64,000 nucleotides of DNA from Eledone cirrhosa (Eukaryota): NCBI GenBank assembly GCA_964016885.1, contig OZ024742.1:273110001-273174000 (forward strand), given 5' to 3'. The first letter of the stretch is position 1. Every line of letters starts with the position of its first letter. Both the position numbers and the translations under genes were made by a program. The notes beneath the pieces were generated by a model. The model did no database searches. It was not told the DNA's origin and saw only the letters and a list, made by a program, of their open reading frames with translations. Of the stretch, positions 1 to 13,292 are shown one piece after another.

Positions 1-169
1 CCCAGTAAGTCTTTGCCTGTTAAAATTAATTGTTGTTAACAATCTCTTTTTGTGTAAGGGACATAAGCCGTTAGACTTTGCCCTGTGAAGGGGAGAGTAT
101 AATATTTGGACCTTTTGGCCCAATTATTTGAACATTTTACTTAAAAAAATAAAATTATTTTAAAAATTC

Positions 170-1390
170 ATGTCTGAGCCACGCCGCCCAGCAATATGTT
201 TGCTGTCGTGTGGCAACGGCGTAAAAGTTGAGAGGAGGGTTAGTGAAATTCATACAAAATACATCACCACAAACAACGAGAACAAAGACAACAACACTGA
301 GAACACTAATTTATGAAAGAATTACCACACCAACTACAACAATAACAGCCTCAACCAAAATACAGACAACAGAAATAAATGACAACAAATACAACAACGA
401 TATTAACACCACTAACAAGAAAATAAACAACGACAACACAAACAGAAACAATACAAATTGCACCGAAACCAACAACAACGGTGGAACCAAAAACACAACC
501 AACTACAACAGTGATAACAGCAACAACGCCAACAACACCGTTTGTAGCAGTAGCAAAAGCAACAGTACCAACAACAAGAGCAGTAGCGGCAGCAATAAGG
601 GTGCCGCTGAAAAATGAGCCACTTTTTTCTCAGATGTGTCCCGAAATATAGAGACAGTAGTAGTCACGGAGGAGGAGATGGCAGTCGCAAGAGCCATGGT
701 GCCGCGAAACGACAACAGAGTTTCCCGGAAACCTCCACCCGATTTCTTCAAAGACTAGCAGCTGCGAACGGTGACTTACCGCACCGTACGCAAAATATCA
801 CATCGGATGGAGAGAGCCACGGAGGCTCAAATCTATAAGGCCTTGCGGTGCGTCTAGGAGCGCAAACCCCACATCAGCCGAGGCAAAATGTACGCCACAG
901 TAGACGTACTTTTCGACAACCTCCAAGCGCCGAAGTCTCACACTTTGGAAACTCTAAAGAGTGAGTAGATAGTCTTGGTGCCCTCCTACTACGGGCAGAA
1001 ATATGTGAGGGTCAAAGTGACCCAGGTCCCGTCCGGCATGCACATACCTTAGCTGACCGCGTCTGTACTGGCTAGAATATCTAGGAGAAGACCACCATAC
1101 TGCAAATACAGAGAATGGGAAGAGAGAACTGGTCAGGAATACGCATGCACATTCTAATACTGACAGACCAGTAGTGCATCGAGGCTATCCCCGATATCAC
1201 AGACCTCGAAGAAGAGCTCCAACTCCCTATAAGCATGGAAGGAAGGCGCCCAAAGTGCTATCGCTGTGAGCAGAGTGGTCAGCTGAGGGCCTTCTTCCCG
1301 CAGAAAACATCCAAGAAGAGGGCCTCCTCCTTCCGACGCCTGATCCGCTGCTACCAAGAGCAAGGCAGGAACAGAGGCAGAAGCCCCTTC
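170..1390 (+). pseudogene. Degraded ORF1 of an L1/Tx1-like LINE, paralogous to 3465-4911
   Basis: From ~775 the translation reads through stops as RMERATEAQIYKAL..RGKMYATVDVLFD..LVPSYYGQKYVRVKVTQVP. This aligns with RVERASESQIQNAL..RGQKYGTVDVFFE..LVPSYCGQRLVNIRVTHVP in ORF 3928. The decayed knuckle EGRRPKCYRCEQSGQLRAF matches DGRRPRCVVCGEGTHLRAFC. Confidence 0.75.
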
Positions 1391-2760
1391 CATGCTCATA
1401 CCACTTCTCAGAATGTGGTAAATTGTTTACTTTGCATATATGCCAGTGGATCACGCTGCCTATCACATCATGTCGGCAGCCTTTATAGTGAGTCTGGGCT
1501 AGGTGTTTACACTCGGATACAATGTGAACCACAGTCTCCTCTCTCTATATCCACAGATCCTACATATTGGGCTAGCCTCCTCCTTGTAAATATGGTGTTT
1601 CACCCACTTCGTTCTGAGGGCCTGCTCTTGCGCAGCCATTAACATTCCTTCTGTAGCCTTTTTAAGGTCTCTTTTTAACCAGTTCCATATTTATGGATCT
1701 CTAAATTCAGTTTTCTTAAAGAAGGTACTATGATGGGTTTTTCCATGAAGGTTGCTCTTCCTCCATGTTGTTCTTTCCTCCTTGGACATCCCCTAGTCTA
1801 TTGTCTTCTCCTTCAGTACAATTTTGAGCATTGGCTCCCTACTGTTAGTCACGTATTTGTGTAGGTTGTTTTTCTCCATCTGAACACAGTCTTCTATGCT
1901 GATAAGACCTCTTCCACCTTCAGATCTCCTTAAGTAGAGTCTATCGACAACACTCCTATTGTGGAACATGTTGTAGATAGTCAATAGCTTCCTAGTCTTC
2001 CTATCCAATTCTTTTTGTTCAGCAACACTCCATTTCAGAATTCCCGCACTGTACTTAATAATAGACACAGCTCTGGAATTCACTCCACTTATGACATTCC
2101 TTCTATTTACATGTGATTTTAATACGCTCCTTACTCTCCTAATGTACTCAGATCTTATCAATTCCATCATTTTTTTGTTTTTGATGTCATCAGCCTCCAG
2201 AACACCTAAATATTTGTATTCTTCTTCAGTGTCAATTTCCTTTATCATCTCTCCTGTTGGTACCTGAATTCCGTTGCTTCTGCTCAATTTACTCCTCTTC
2301 ATCACTATGAGCCACACTTATAAAAAACAAATTCCATACATATATCATTGCTGAAAATACGGACAGTGTCAACAAGTACATCCAACTCCTTCTCACTCTT
2401 CCCAAAGAGTTTAGGATGTTCCATGAAGAGGGGGTGGTTTATGGTAAGCTCTCCTTTTCCCAGCTTGTATCCTGCTCTCATTTTTCGCAATCTAACGGTC
2501 AGGGGTATCAGACCAAGGACAAACAGCAGGAGGACAAACTATCTCACTGGTAGATACCTCTCTTGATCTTAACTCCTCCCAAGTATTCTCCACCCGATGT
2601 TAACTCTGTTTCCCAGGACTCCATACTTTTGTTCAACAACTGTCTGATAATATCTGCCACCTTGAAGATCTCTAGTCTTTTGGTTATACAAGAATGAGGT
2701 ACCATGTCGAATGCCTTTTTGTAATCTATCCATCCCGTGGCAAGACCAGTGTGTTCATCT
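1390..2760 (-). mobile_element. Dong/R4-type non-LTR retrotransposon fragment: RT C-terminal half plus CCHC finger
   Basis: Motifs WIDYKKAFDMVPHSCI, YKYLGVLEADD, LDRKTRKLLT..VDRLYLRRSEGGRGLISIEDCV and HIVSECKHLAQTHYK..RHD..IHWHICK..KWYEH. The reading frame is frameshifted. Confidence 0.85.
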
Positions 2761-2789
2761 AATTTAAATAGATTATTATTATTATTATT

Positions 2790-3245
2790 GTTCTTTGATT
2801 CTCAGTCATTGATGTTAATTAACTGGAAAGTTTGTTGAAATGAATATCAAGCCACTACCTGCAGCCTTAGATATTCAGGACGTATCGGAGGCTTCTTGCT
2901 GTTCCTAGCAAGCATGCCTTTTGAAGCGTTCCAAAAAGCGGGCGGGGCACATTTTCTTTAACCATCGCTGGAAACTTTTTGAGATAGTACCTAGTGCGCC
3001 TATGACAATCGGGACCACTTTGACTTCATGGCAGTTCCAAATCCTTTATACCTCCCACTTTAAGTCCTAGTATCAGTTAATTTTCTCCCTCTCCTTCTCT
3101 TTCACTCTCGTGTCGAATGGGCAGGCCACATCCACAATCAGGCACGATCTTTTTTCCTTGTCCAAAACCACCAGGTCAGGTCTATTGTGTTCCAGTTCCT
3201 TGTCCGTTGTATCCTAAAATCCCACAGCACCTTCACCTGATCATT
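2790..3245 (-). mobile_element. Dong/R4-type 3' fragment: REL endonuclease plus 3'UTR, in a (TAA)n tract
   Basis: Minus strand reads DQVKVLWDFRIQ..PDLVVLDKEKRSCLIVDVACPFDTRVKEKEREK..VVPIVIGALGT..LQKACLLGTARSLRYVLNI*. (ATT)n lies on both sides, at 2772-2789 and 3243-3263. Confidence 0.85.
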
Positions 3246-3464
3246 ATTATTATTATTATTATTGGCGACCTACGTAGTAAATCGTATTATCAGCAAAGGT
3301 TTGTTATTTTCAGTTGTTTAAAATTGCTATTTATGGAAAATTGTTATTGTTAACTGTATATAATTGCACATACATTGATATGTGAAAAGGACACTAAAAA
3401 AGATTGGGGCATTGAGCCCAAAATTTAAACTTTTATAATTATCAAACAAAAGATTTTAAAAATC

Positions 3465-5401
3465 ATGGACGTCACAGAGTCACACCTTCCTCAAAAACTA
3501 ACACCTCACACCGACACCACCAATGTAAATATTACTACGTTTGCCAACACTAAAAATATAAGCAATAGCAATATTTTAAATTTGTCTCAGGCAGACATTC
3601 ATTTCCCGCCATTAACAATTACTGCAGCTGTTGAAGCCGCTACCCCCACCACCACCATAGCGACAACAGAAACAAAAGAAAAAAATAAATTATCTCGTGA
3701 TATCGAAATGAATTCAGCCAAAATGAACTCTTCCACACCGAACACCACTGACGCCACCACCAGCACAACTGAAACTAAAATTAACAATAACAAAAATAAC
3801 GATAACAACAACAGCAACAATGAAATTAAGATAACCACCCTGAGTTTTGCCAGAGTAGCAAAACAGTGCGAAGCATTTCAGGTAACTCAGGAGGAATTAG
3901 AAGAAGCCAAACAAATGGTAAAGAAAGATGGGTACAGCCTCACCCCCACCCCCACCCTCACCTAATAAAATGGAGCAGCGGCGCCTATGCACCGTGTCTT
4001 ATCGAACAATTAACATAAAATCGCGCCGAGTGGAACGGGCATCCGAGTCCCAAATCCAAAACGCTTTGGGACATGTGTGGGCAAAAAAAATACACGTCAG
4101 ACGTGGGCAGAAATATGGAACCGTGGACGTGTTCTTTGAAACACCACAAGATGCTAGAGAACACTCCATGGTCCCATTAAGAAGTGACGACTTCACACTC
4201 GTCCCAAGCTATTGTGGCCAGAGACTCGTAAATATCAGGGTGACCCACGTTCCACCGGATATCGAAATTCCCTGGCTAATAGCTGCCGTCCTCGTCGGCA
4301 TCGAAGCCAACACCAAGATAATCAAAATAGCGAAAGAAAAGCAGGAGAACTGCTCCGGACCAGGGATTGAGCTCCTGATCAAGGCGGACCAAAAAAGCAT
4401 TGAGGATATCCCAGAGGTAATATACCTCACTGACGGGAGCCACCTCACCGTAATCGTCGATGGCAGAAGGCCTAGGTGTGTCGTTTGTGGTGAAGGAACC
4501 CACCTAAGGGCTTTCTGCCTTGAGGCTAAAAGGTTGAGGCCACCTCTCTTACCCACCCCAGTGACTCAACCATCAACACCACCAGCAGCAGAGATGGCAG
4601 CAACAACTGTAGCAGCAACAACAGAAGCAACTGTAACAGCAACAACCCCAGCAACAGTAGCAAAACCAACACCACCACAAACAGACGCGCCAGAACTAGC
4701 ACCAACGCCTACACCATACACCACGCCACAACCTAATTCAACGCCTGTGGAGGATTTTTCACTCCCCCGCCTATCACAACTGGAAACAGATTGTGACGAC
4801 AAGGAGTTGGAAACAGTATCAGAAAAAAAGAAAAAAAGAAAAAGAAACCAAAAAAGAAAAAAATCCTCTTGTTTCCCCCTCCAAAAACAAAATACAGAGG
4901 GAAACAAATAAACTATCAAACAAAAAAGTTAGGACAGCTATGCCACCATCCACATTAGCATCACCAACCCCATCACCACAAACACCAACACCATCACCAT
5001 CATTAACCCCAACACCACCATCACCAACACCACAAAAGTCACCAAAATGTGAAACAGAAACAAACCCACAACAAACGCAAACAAAACAAAACAACCAAAC
5101 AGATACACACTACACAGCATTAAATTTGAACAGCAACCAATTATTACACTATATCCAACACAACACCAGCATCACAGAAAAAGACTACACAACAACCCAA
5201 AAGTTTACACTACCTCCACACATACAAATCACTCGCATCACACAGAAAACGTACACGACACTAAAACAAAAATACTCCAAAGACATCGGAGACTTCCGAC
5301 AAGCACTCTCCAGGAGGACTTATAAGTACATCGTTGTGGACGTGGCCACAAGCAGTGAAAAGGTTGGAGAAACCATCCTTCCTCTACGAGAAGTAAGGTA
5401 A
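3465..5401 (+). pseudogene. L1/Tx1-like LINE ORF1, frameshifted, with CCHC knuckle
   Basis: ORFs 3465-3965, 3928-4911 and 4793-5401; motif CVVCGEGTHLRAFC; lies directly upstream of an APE-RT ORF2. Confidence 0.75.
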
Positions 5402-5436
5402 GTCGTATTTCCCATCTTTTTCCACTTCATTTCGAC

Positions 5437-7170
5437 ATGACCTCACTCAGAATATGCAGCATAAATGCGCGTGGCTTGGGGTCGTCATGGAAGCAAGGCC
5501 ACCTGCTCAACGACCTCAGGTCACTAAACATAGATGTAGTGGCCATCAAAGAGACCAGAATATCCGAAGCACGGGCCTTCGCACCGATCTTCGGCGGCTA
5601 CGATGTGTACGCATCTCCCAGCCGTCCTGGATCGGGGGAAGGAGTTGCTGTGGTTTTTCGGAGAGGTTGGGATCTCGCCATACGGGTCAACTTCCTGGAC
5701 CCAAAAGGTAAGTTGGTGGTGATTGAAGTGACCAGCGGAGACGGCAAGCTTTCAGGCTAGTGGCCGTCTATGCCCCACAGGAGCAGGGCGGTCTGATTTC
5801 TTCAGGCGTCTGTAGTCCTTTCTTGGAACGTCCCGCTCCGTAGTGTTAGTCGGCGACTGGAAAGGGATCTTAGATGCACGCTGGGACTGTGTGGGATTAG
5901 CGGATAGAGGAGGTGGCTGCAAGAGATTCACCAACCTGCTCAGGCGTTTTGAACTGTCTGACAGGTACCGATTGGATTTACCGAATGTGCCAATGTGAAC
6001 TTGGACAAATCGCATAGGGTCATCAAGATCATATCTAGATAGAGTATTTTGTAGGGAAATAGATAGATCTAGCATAGGCTGTCCACAATTCAAGATAGTC
6101 AACTACACGGACCACAAATTCGTGATGTGTGTGTGCTTGACTTAGATAGGTTTCATAGACGGGGACCCGGCTACTGGAAGCTAAACCCGTTCTTACCAGC
6201 GCGCAAGGCCTACAGAAACCGGATTAGCGAACTAGTTAAGCGGGCGCTGACGGGGGCCATCGACAACAACAAGTGGTGGTTTGCTCTGAAAAGAGCGATT
6301 AGAATAGAGTCCATTAGGTTTAGTAAGGCTTTAGCAATAGAGAAAAATAGAGTAGAGGGAGAACTAGTTAGAAAATTAGACGAGGCGCTTAGCAAAGGCA
6401 TCGCGACCGACGTACTTGCGACGAAATTGGCTCTTGAACAATTCTTCAATGCAAAGCACGAAGGCTGCGTTATCAGAGCTAGGGTGTTGTGCTCTCAGAC
6501 AGGAGGGGACGAAAGTCGTTCAATGGGCCCGAGTGGCGGAGGCACGTCGTGGCAACAAAGCCACGATCCGGTCTTTGGTGGACCACGACGGGCGCATGCT
6601 ACTCGATCCCGGGCAAATGTATGAAGCTTTTCAGCGAGGCTTCGCTCAGCTATTTGGGGGCAGCGGCGGGCGGGATCGAGGGATGGACTTTAATGTCAAC
6701 CTCGACGGACTGCCGCGGCTCTCGGCCACTGAGGCGGAGTGTTGCAAAAAGCCGATAACAGCCGCTGAAATACGGGAGGCAATGACTGGCTGCACAAGGG
6801 TTAAATCGCCTGGTTTGGATGGTCTGCCCTATGAACTTTACGTACAAATGCCAGACTTGTTAGGACGCCTCTTGGCGGACGTGTACTGCAACTGGCTACA
6901 GAACTGGTGAATTCCCAGCTCTGTGAGGCGAGGAGCTGTGGCGCTGCTGAGAAAGGATCCGAACAAGTGGGATAACATAGATAATTTCAGGTCCATAACT
7001 CTGCTAACCACAGAGTTCAAGATTTTGGCTAAGGTGCTAGCAAAGAGGTTGGCGCTTGTCGCTGGTGGTGTGGTGTGAGAGGCGCAGACATTCGCCATTA
7101 CCGAAAATCCAACCACGACAACCTCCATCTCATGCGATACATCGAAGAGAGATTAGCTAGGAAACCTGGC
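5437..7170 (+). pseudogene. L1/Tx1-like LINE ORF2: APE endonuclease plus RT N-terminus, 3'-truncated
   Basis: Motifs SINARGL, VAIKETR, LVGDW, YLDRVF, TDHK, GPGYWKLN, KSPGLDGLPYELY and NFRSITLLTTEFKILAKVLAKRL, with several stops and frameshifts. Confidence 0.9.
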
Positions 7171-7179
7171 CCGGGTGGG

Positions 7180-8830
7180 TTCATCTTTTAGCAGCCACAA
7201 CAAGATCTTCTGTTACTCATTAACAATTACGGCAATGATGTTTATATTTTGTATATTGGTGTTCAAAGAGTTCATTTTGAACATCAGGCTACGTAGGATT
7301 GCATGTAAATGTAATGAAAAGATGCGGACAACCAAAGTTTCTCACGTATACCATGGCATCTTGTGTGCGCTCACCCATATAGCATGGACTGCCTATGAAG
7401 CTAGATGGAAGAATGACTGACTGACCAGCACTGGAAGGATTCATTCCATCAGTTATAATGGAGTCCCTCAAATGGAAGTATTGTTCTGCTCTATATATAG
7501 CTTGGTTGCTTTTAATGAGTGCGAACAGTTCAACTTTAATCCTGGCCTAAACATCAATCATTAATGTGCTTGTAAGTCTCACTATTTGTAGGATATGGGT
7601 AAAGCAATCTCTTACCATAAAGTGAAACGAATAACATTTTTTGCACCTGACCGATTTACTTGTTTCCTCGCCTGGACTGGGGTTTTCTTGTCTTAGTGCA
7701 AAATTGCATCCATGCTGACCTAACCAAAGAATGAAAGTATACTGAAGAGCGTCGTATGCTCTGTGTGTCTCTGAAATTCTTCGTAATTGGCCAGATCTCT
7801 CCTGTGGAATGACGTCACTGGATTTATGTTGTCATTGACCATCAGTACAGTCACCTCGTCTTCCAGCGGTTTGTTGTAACGTCTTTTCTGCTCTTTTGCT
7901 GTTTTTATTTATCAGGTAATGTTATATATGGGGTTTGCTTTTTTTTTCTAAGGTAACATTGAATACTCTTATGTAACGATGTTTTTCATGAAGCATAATT
8001 TGCAAACTGCTAATAACTTCTAGCTGAAGAACACCGGGAATATTTCTGCATCGTTGAATAGCTTCTTGTTCGTTGTTTCCCCCAAAATTAACTTGAATGA
8101 ATGTTGGTTCCTCATTAGACTGGGGGAGTAAACTTCCAATTAAATGGTAGCATTTTCCTTCGATTTTAAATGTTATGATATAGTCAGTTCCTAAGGACGT
8201 CATCGGAGATGCAGCATTACACCGCATAACATTGCTCCTGAAGCGTTTAGCTCCGTTAGCATGGGATGTAAGCTGTATACGAATAACAGGTGGAGGGTCT
8301 TCTATCAGTGGAAATCTGATTTTTCCTCCTAAGTAATCAATGCCAAGTGTTTCTTCTTTCCATTTTCATGCCCCACAACTAATGTATATAATATTCATGC
8401 TACCATCGTGACTTTAGGAAAACTTCAATAATTTCTCGATGGATCTTATGAAACGGCAGCTCTTATCCAATTTATTTTACCTTGAAGAGTCTTTTGTACC
8501 CATTGTGTTAGCATTGAAACTCTCATTTCCTCTCGGTGATTTTCTTATTCAACCTCCGTTTGTTGCGATTGTCTTTCTTCTTGGCTTAATCTTTCTGTTT
8601 CCGTCTCAAGTTCTGTTCACTTTCAGAAAGTTGCGATCGCCTTTCTTCTTGCCTTATACTTTGTTTCCCGTCTCAGGCTCTGTTCATTTTCAGAAAGTTG
8701 CAATCGTCTTACTCGTCTTCTTCATCGTCCTGTTTCCCGTCTCTGAATTTCTCCTTCGCTTGAAGATTTCAACCTTTTGGCGGACATTGTAAATTCATCG
8801 ATAGATGAGCGGTGGTTTTGTGACATATTG
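7180..8830 (-). mobile_element. Helitron RepHel N-terminal relic
   Basis: TFKIEGKCYHLIGSLLP..PTFIQV and ILPSSFIGSPCYMGERTQDAMVYVRNFGCPHLFITFTCNP match conserved Helitron Rep-region blocks. Confidence 0.88.
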
Positions 8831-9594
8831 AAATTAATTACTTTGGAAAATATCGTGAACAAAAGACAAAAAAAGAAAGAATACAAATCAATTAAAAAAA
8901 ATCGAAATAAATGAAAATCGCAGCCTTAGAGAATATGTTGACCCTCTGTCATCTGAATTAGGTCAACAATAATATGACACTATCCTCAAAAAAGCTAAAC
9001 TAATATACACCGTAGATTAATTTCAAATACTATCAATTTTTTTTATGTTCTGTAAAATAGGTTTGTGTTGTGGTTAGTATCACTTAACTTTCAATGACTG
9101 GTGTAAAACGACAAACCTACTGATCTATTGTGGGATGCCACACACACACACACATATCTTCACTGACGCAATTAGAGATACTGGCCGCCAAACAACCAGA
9201 AACGCACAGATCTTCCTCTCTGTCTTCATATATATATATATATATGAGGAGAGCGGGACATGATATTCCTACACTTATTTAACTCGAAACATATTTGGAT
9301 CTTAAAGTCTAAACTTATCTACGGAACAGGTTTGATTTTGAAATTTAAATGTGTCTAAACATCACGACCTCTTGGCAATACAGTTCGTCTCCGGTGATTT
9401 ATTATTTTAAATCGATATGGACAAACTGTAGTATAATAATTAGTATACTTCAATCTGGCTAAATTTTTCTTTTGCAATATATATACAGATGTGTTGGTAT
9501 CTGTGTTTCGTCACATACATATTAATTTATACACTGCTCAGGGGTATTTTTCCTCCTTCGGGCTGATTCCATTGTAAAAGAATTCATTACCTTA

Positions 9595-9702
<108 letters not shown>

Positions 9703-9757
9703 TTCGTGTGATTAAACAAGCCAACCAACCAAGAATCACATCTCTCTTTCTTATATA

Positions 9758-9809
<52 letters not shown>

Positions 9810-10024
9810 CACACAAATATTGGAAAGGAAAAGTATTTTTTTCAGTAGAAAATGCTGAAGAGATTCTTTCAGAGTAATATCAACACATTTATTTATTTTT
9901 TAGTATATTTATAAAAAGGATATTTCCGCATTTAATATTGGTGCCGGTTTCAGCATTATATCTATTGTCAACTGCAGATATGCATAATATAGTTAACTTC
10001 CATATTTATGCAAATAATAATAAT

Positions 10025-10208
10025 TGTTTCTACTTTAGGCACCAGGCCAGTAATTACCCAGTGCATTACTGGTACTTTATTTTATCGACCTCGTAAGGAT
10101 GAAAGGCAAAGTCAACCTCAGTTGGATTTGAACTCAGATCATAAAGGGACGTAACTATGCTGGAAAGCATGGCGTCCGACCCTCTACCGATACTGCCAAT
10201 CCACCGCC
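10025..10208 (-). mobile_element. tRNA-derived SINE with Meta/MESC-like core, copy 1
   Basis: A-box-like TGGCAGTATCGG, B-box GAGTTCAAATCC and core GTTGACTTTGCCTTTCATCCTTACGAGGTCGATAAAATAAAGTACCAG. TSD TATGCAAATAATAATAAT at 10007 and 10211. Confidence 0.9.
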
Positions 10209-10284
10209 CATATGCAAATAATAATAATAATAATAAACTCGAAGAAAATTATTAATTATTACATACATATTTTGAAAGGACCGT

Positions 10285-10860
10285 TCATATCTCTGTCCGT
10301 TTTTGTCCCTCTTTCTCTGTTAGTAGGATAACAGAAGTAGCAGTTTTTATATTTTGGTTTTGACAGGTATTACTTGAGGGAGAGAGGGGGAGGAGAGGGA
10401 GAAGGAGGAGGAGAGGGAAGAAGGGAAGAAGGAGAAGTCTGTTGTGGTGAAAGCCACTCTCACAAATTGCAACAAAAGTGAGCTGAGATTGGTTTGAAAG
10501 CTTGGATGACATGTTTTTTTGAGGCAAAATCACAAAGTCAATGTTGATAATTTCTTCTAGAATAAATACCAAGCTAGATATTTTTAGAAACAATAACCCC
10601 CCCCCCCCCCCCACCTCTCGGTCAACTATAAGGTCATCCAACCTTTCAAACCAGTCCCAGCTCTCTTTTGTAGCGATTTCTGAAAGTGGTTTTCACCACA
10701 ACAGATTTCTCCTTCTCAACGCCCTTCTTTTTCTTCCCTCTCCTCCTCCTTCTCCCTCTCCTGCCCCTCTCTCCACCAACTCCTACCAATCAAAAACAGT
10801 CAATCAAAACTGCTAGTTCTGTAAACCTACTAGGAGAGAAAGAATGCCAAAGAAGGACAT
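10285..10860. repeat. Diverged ~220 bp inverted repeat, probably a PLE-terminus relic
   Basis: 10285-10510 is an imperfect reverse complement of 10633-10860. The following 10890-10950 resembles 55860-55915. Confidence 0.6.
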
Positions 10861-10964
10861 ATATATATATATATATATCCACCACCACCCCACTCTCAAG
10901 AGCGTGAAACTAATAAACCTTTGTTCGTACTGCCTCTCTGTTTTGTTTTACTATATATATATAT

Positions 10965-11715
10965 ATATAAGTATGTATGCGTACATACATATATGTGTAC
11001 GGACGCACAGTAGTATGTATATATATACATACATTCACACATATATATATATGTACGCATGGGTTTACCTAACATTTTTCCCTATGCATATTAACAGCTG
11101 AGCAGCCTAATTTGCATATCGAGTGAGTTAGTCGGCTGGGCATACCGAAAACGATAAATGGAAAAGAATGAAACGAAATTTCATTTCTCACTCTTAGTAC
11201 GGCTGATACCTAAATATAAGTATGTATACGTACATACATATATGAGTACGGACGCACAGTAGTATGTATATATATACATGCATGCACACATACATATATA
11301 TGTACGTATGGGTTTACCCAACATGTTTTATAATGTTCCGTTTGTATGTAAACAAACAGCTCGAATTACGCCGTACTGTGCTCGGCAACCATCGTCGCCC
11401 TTTTGTTCAACACTGACACAGGAACGATGTACTAGTTTCAAACTTATTAGCTATCATCAGCATCGTATACCTTTCTGTCAGATGATTGAACGTGTGAAAG
11501 TATATACTTTCCTCATGCATATTAACGGCTGAGCAGTCTAATTTGCATATCGAGTGTGTTAGTCGGCCGGGAATACCGAAAACGATATATGGAAAAGAAT
11601 GATACGAAACTTCATTTCTCACCCTTAGTACGGCTGATACCTAAATATAATTATGTATACGTACATACATATATGTGTACGGACGCACAGTAGTATGTAT
11701 ATATATACATGCATG

Positions 11716-11746
<31 letters not shown>

Positions 11747-11878
11747 GTACGTATGGGTTTACCGAACATTTATTATAATGTTCCGTTTGACTGTAAACAA
11801 ACAGCCCGAATTACGCCGTACAGTGCTCGGCATCCATCGTCGCCCATTTTTTCAACACTGACACAGGAACGATGTACT
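10965..11878 (-). repeat. Diverged ~420 bp tandem repeat, same family as 48780-50850
   Basis: Blocks CTTAGTACGGCTGATACCTAAATATAA recur at ~11193 and ~11624, and TTCAACACTGACACAGGAACGATGTACT at ~11406 and ~11851. Confidence 0.85.
11424..11466 (-). ncRNA. Type I hammerhead ribozyme
   Basis: ACGAUG-CUGAUGA-UAGCUAAUAAGUUU-GAAA-CUAG-UA-CAUCGU, with a perfect 6-bp stem I. Confidence 0.85.
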
Positions 11879-12729
11879 GACCGGGAAGGTAGTGAAATTT
11901 TCAGTGTCTTGAAATTTAGTCCACGCTTGCTTCTTTTCCATTCACTGAATTATTTTTGTTTGAGATCCCTGTCCGCCTATCGCCTGGGATCTTAGCAGAG
12001 AATTGACACCCTAATGAAGTAGGTTTTGAGCACTAAGTATATCCTCTTTCAGAAACTAATTAGTTGGAGTGAAACTTAAGTAAGTAAGATAATTATTTAT
12101 AATTTTCTTATTTTACGTATTTGATATATATATATGTAGAAGTTGTATTTAATATGTTGGAAGTCCGACAAACATAAATGTTTATAACTGATTTAGTGCA
12201 GTCAACAGTGTACTGGAGTAAATATTATATGATATTAAATAAATGGTAACTATATTTATAAAACCATATTTATATATATTTCAAGGGCAACCAAGAAACA
12301 GTGGTGCGCTTTCATCAGATAAAATACAAAGTTTGTTATATAAATAGAGACGTACCCGTATTTTTCTATCTATCTCTTTTTCTATCTATTTAATCTTCTA
12401 TTTACCTATTTTCTATTTATTTATTTTTTCTACTTATTTTTCTATCTATCTATTTTCTATTCTATTTATCTATTTTTCTATCTATTTATGTTTCCATATA
12501 TTTTTGTATCTTATTTTTATATATATTTATTTTTCTATATATATCTATTTATTTTTATCTATCTACTTATAACAGTAAATATTATATTAAAAAGAATTCT
12601 AACAACTACATAATAGTAAATATACGCACCATTAGTAGATATGAACTTAACATTTATTCCCCCATATTTACGTTACATGATTTCTATTCATCCTCTTGTA
12701 AATTTCTTCTCTCTATCTATCTCGTAATA

Positions 12730-12860
<131 letters not shown>

Positions 12861-13036
12861 CGTATCTTTCTCCAGTGCCATTTAAATAAACGGTTGTTTG
12901 TTCAATTATTTACACATTCATTTATATATTCACACATAAGTTTGAATAATTCCTAATATGTTTCCACTATCCAGTGAATTTCCAACCAATAAGGTAGAAT
13001 GTTCATGGGTACGTCTCTATTTATAAACAAACTTTG

Positions 13037-13101
13037 TATTTTATCTGATGAAAGCACACCAATGTTGTCTTGGTTGCCCTTGAAAAATATATAATAAAAT
13101 A
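13037..13101 (+). ncRNA. Hammerhead ribozyme in the PLE pseudo-LTR; other copies at 12266-12326(-), 16695-16759(+, CUGUUGA), 42807-42873(-), 48147-48212(+)
   Basis: UAUUUUAU-CUGAUGA-AAGCACACCAA..UUGGUUGCCCUU-GAAA-AAUAUA-UA-AUAAAAUA, with an 8-bp stem I. Confidence 0.8.
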
Positions 13102-13292
13102 AATATGGTTTTATAAATATAGTTTCCATCTATTTAATATCATAGAATAGTTACTCCAGTAATTAGTTGAGTGCTCTAAATCAGTTATAACCATTTATGT
13201 TTGTCGGACTTCCAACAAATTAAATACAACTTCAGCATATAAATAGATCCTTTAATGTTGAGCACTTTAAATTGTTAACTGATTGCTAAATA

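Noticed and set aside
8439-8792. Hydrophobic 117 aa ORF resembling a membrane protein
   Set aside because: It is antisense to the charged, repetitive N-terminal region of the Helitron relic.
10110-10208. tRNA gene
   Set aside because: The A/B boxes belong to a SINE head with TSDs; no full cloverleaf is seen.
12007-12068. HHR-like CUAAUGA..GAAACUAAUUAGUU
   Set aside because: The core is mutated at G5 and stem I is weak; at best a decayed copy.
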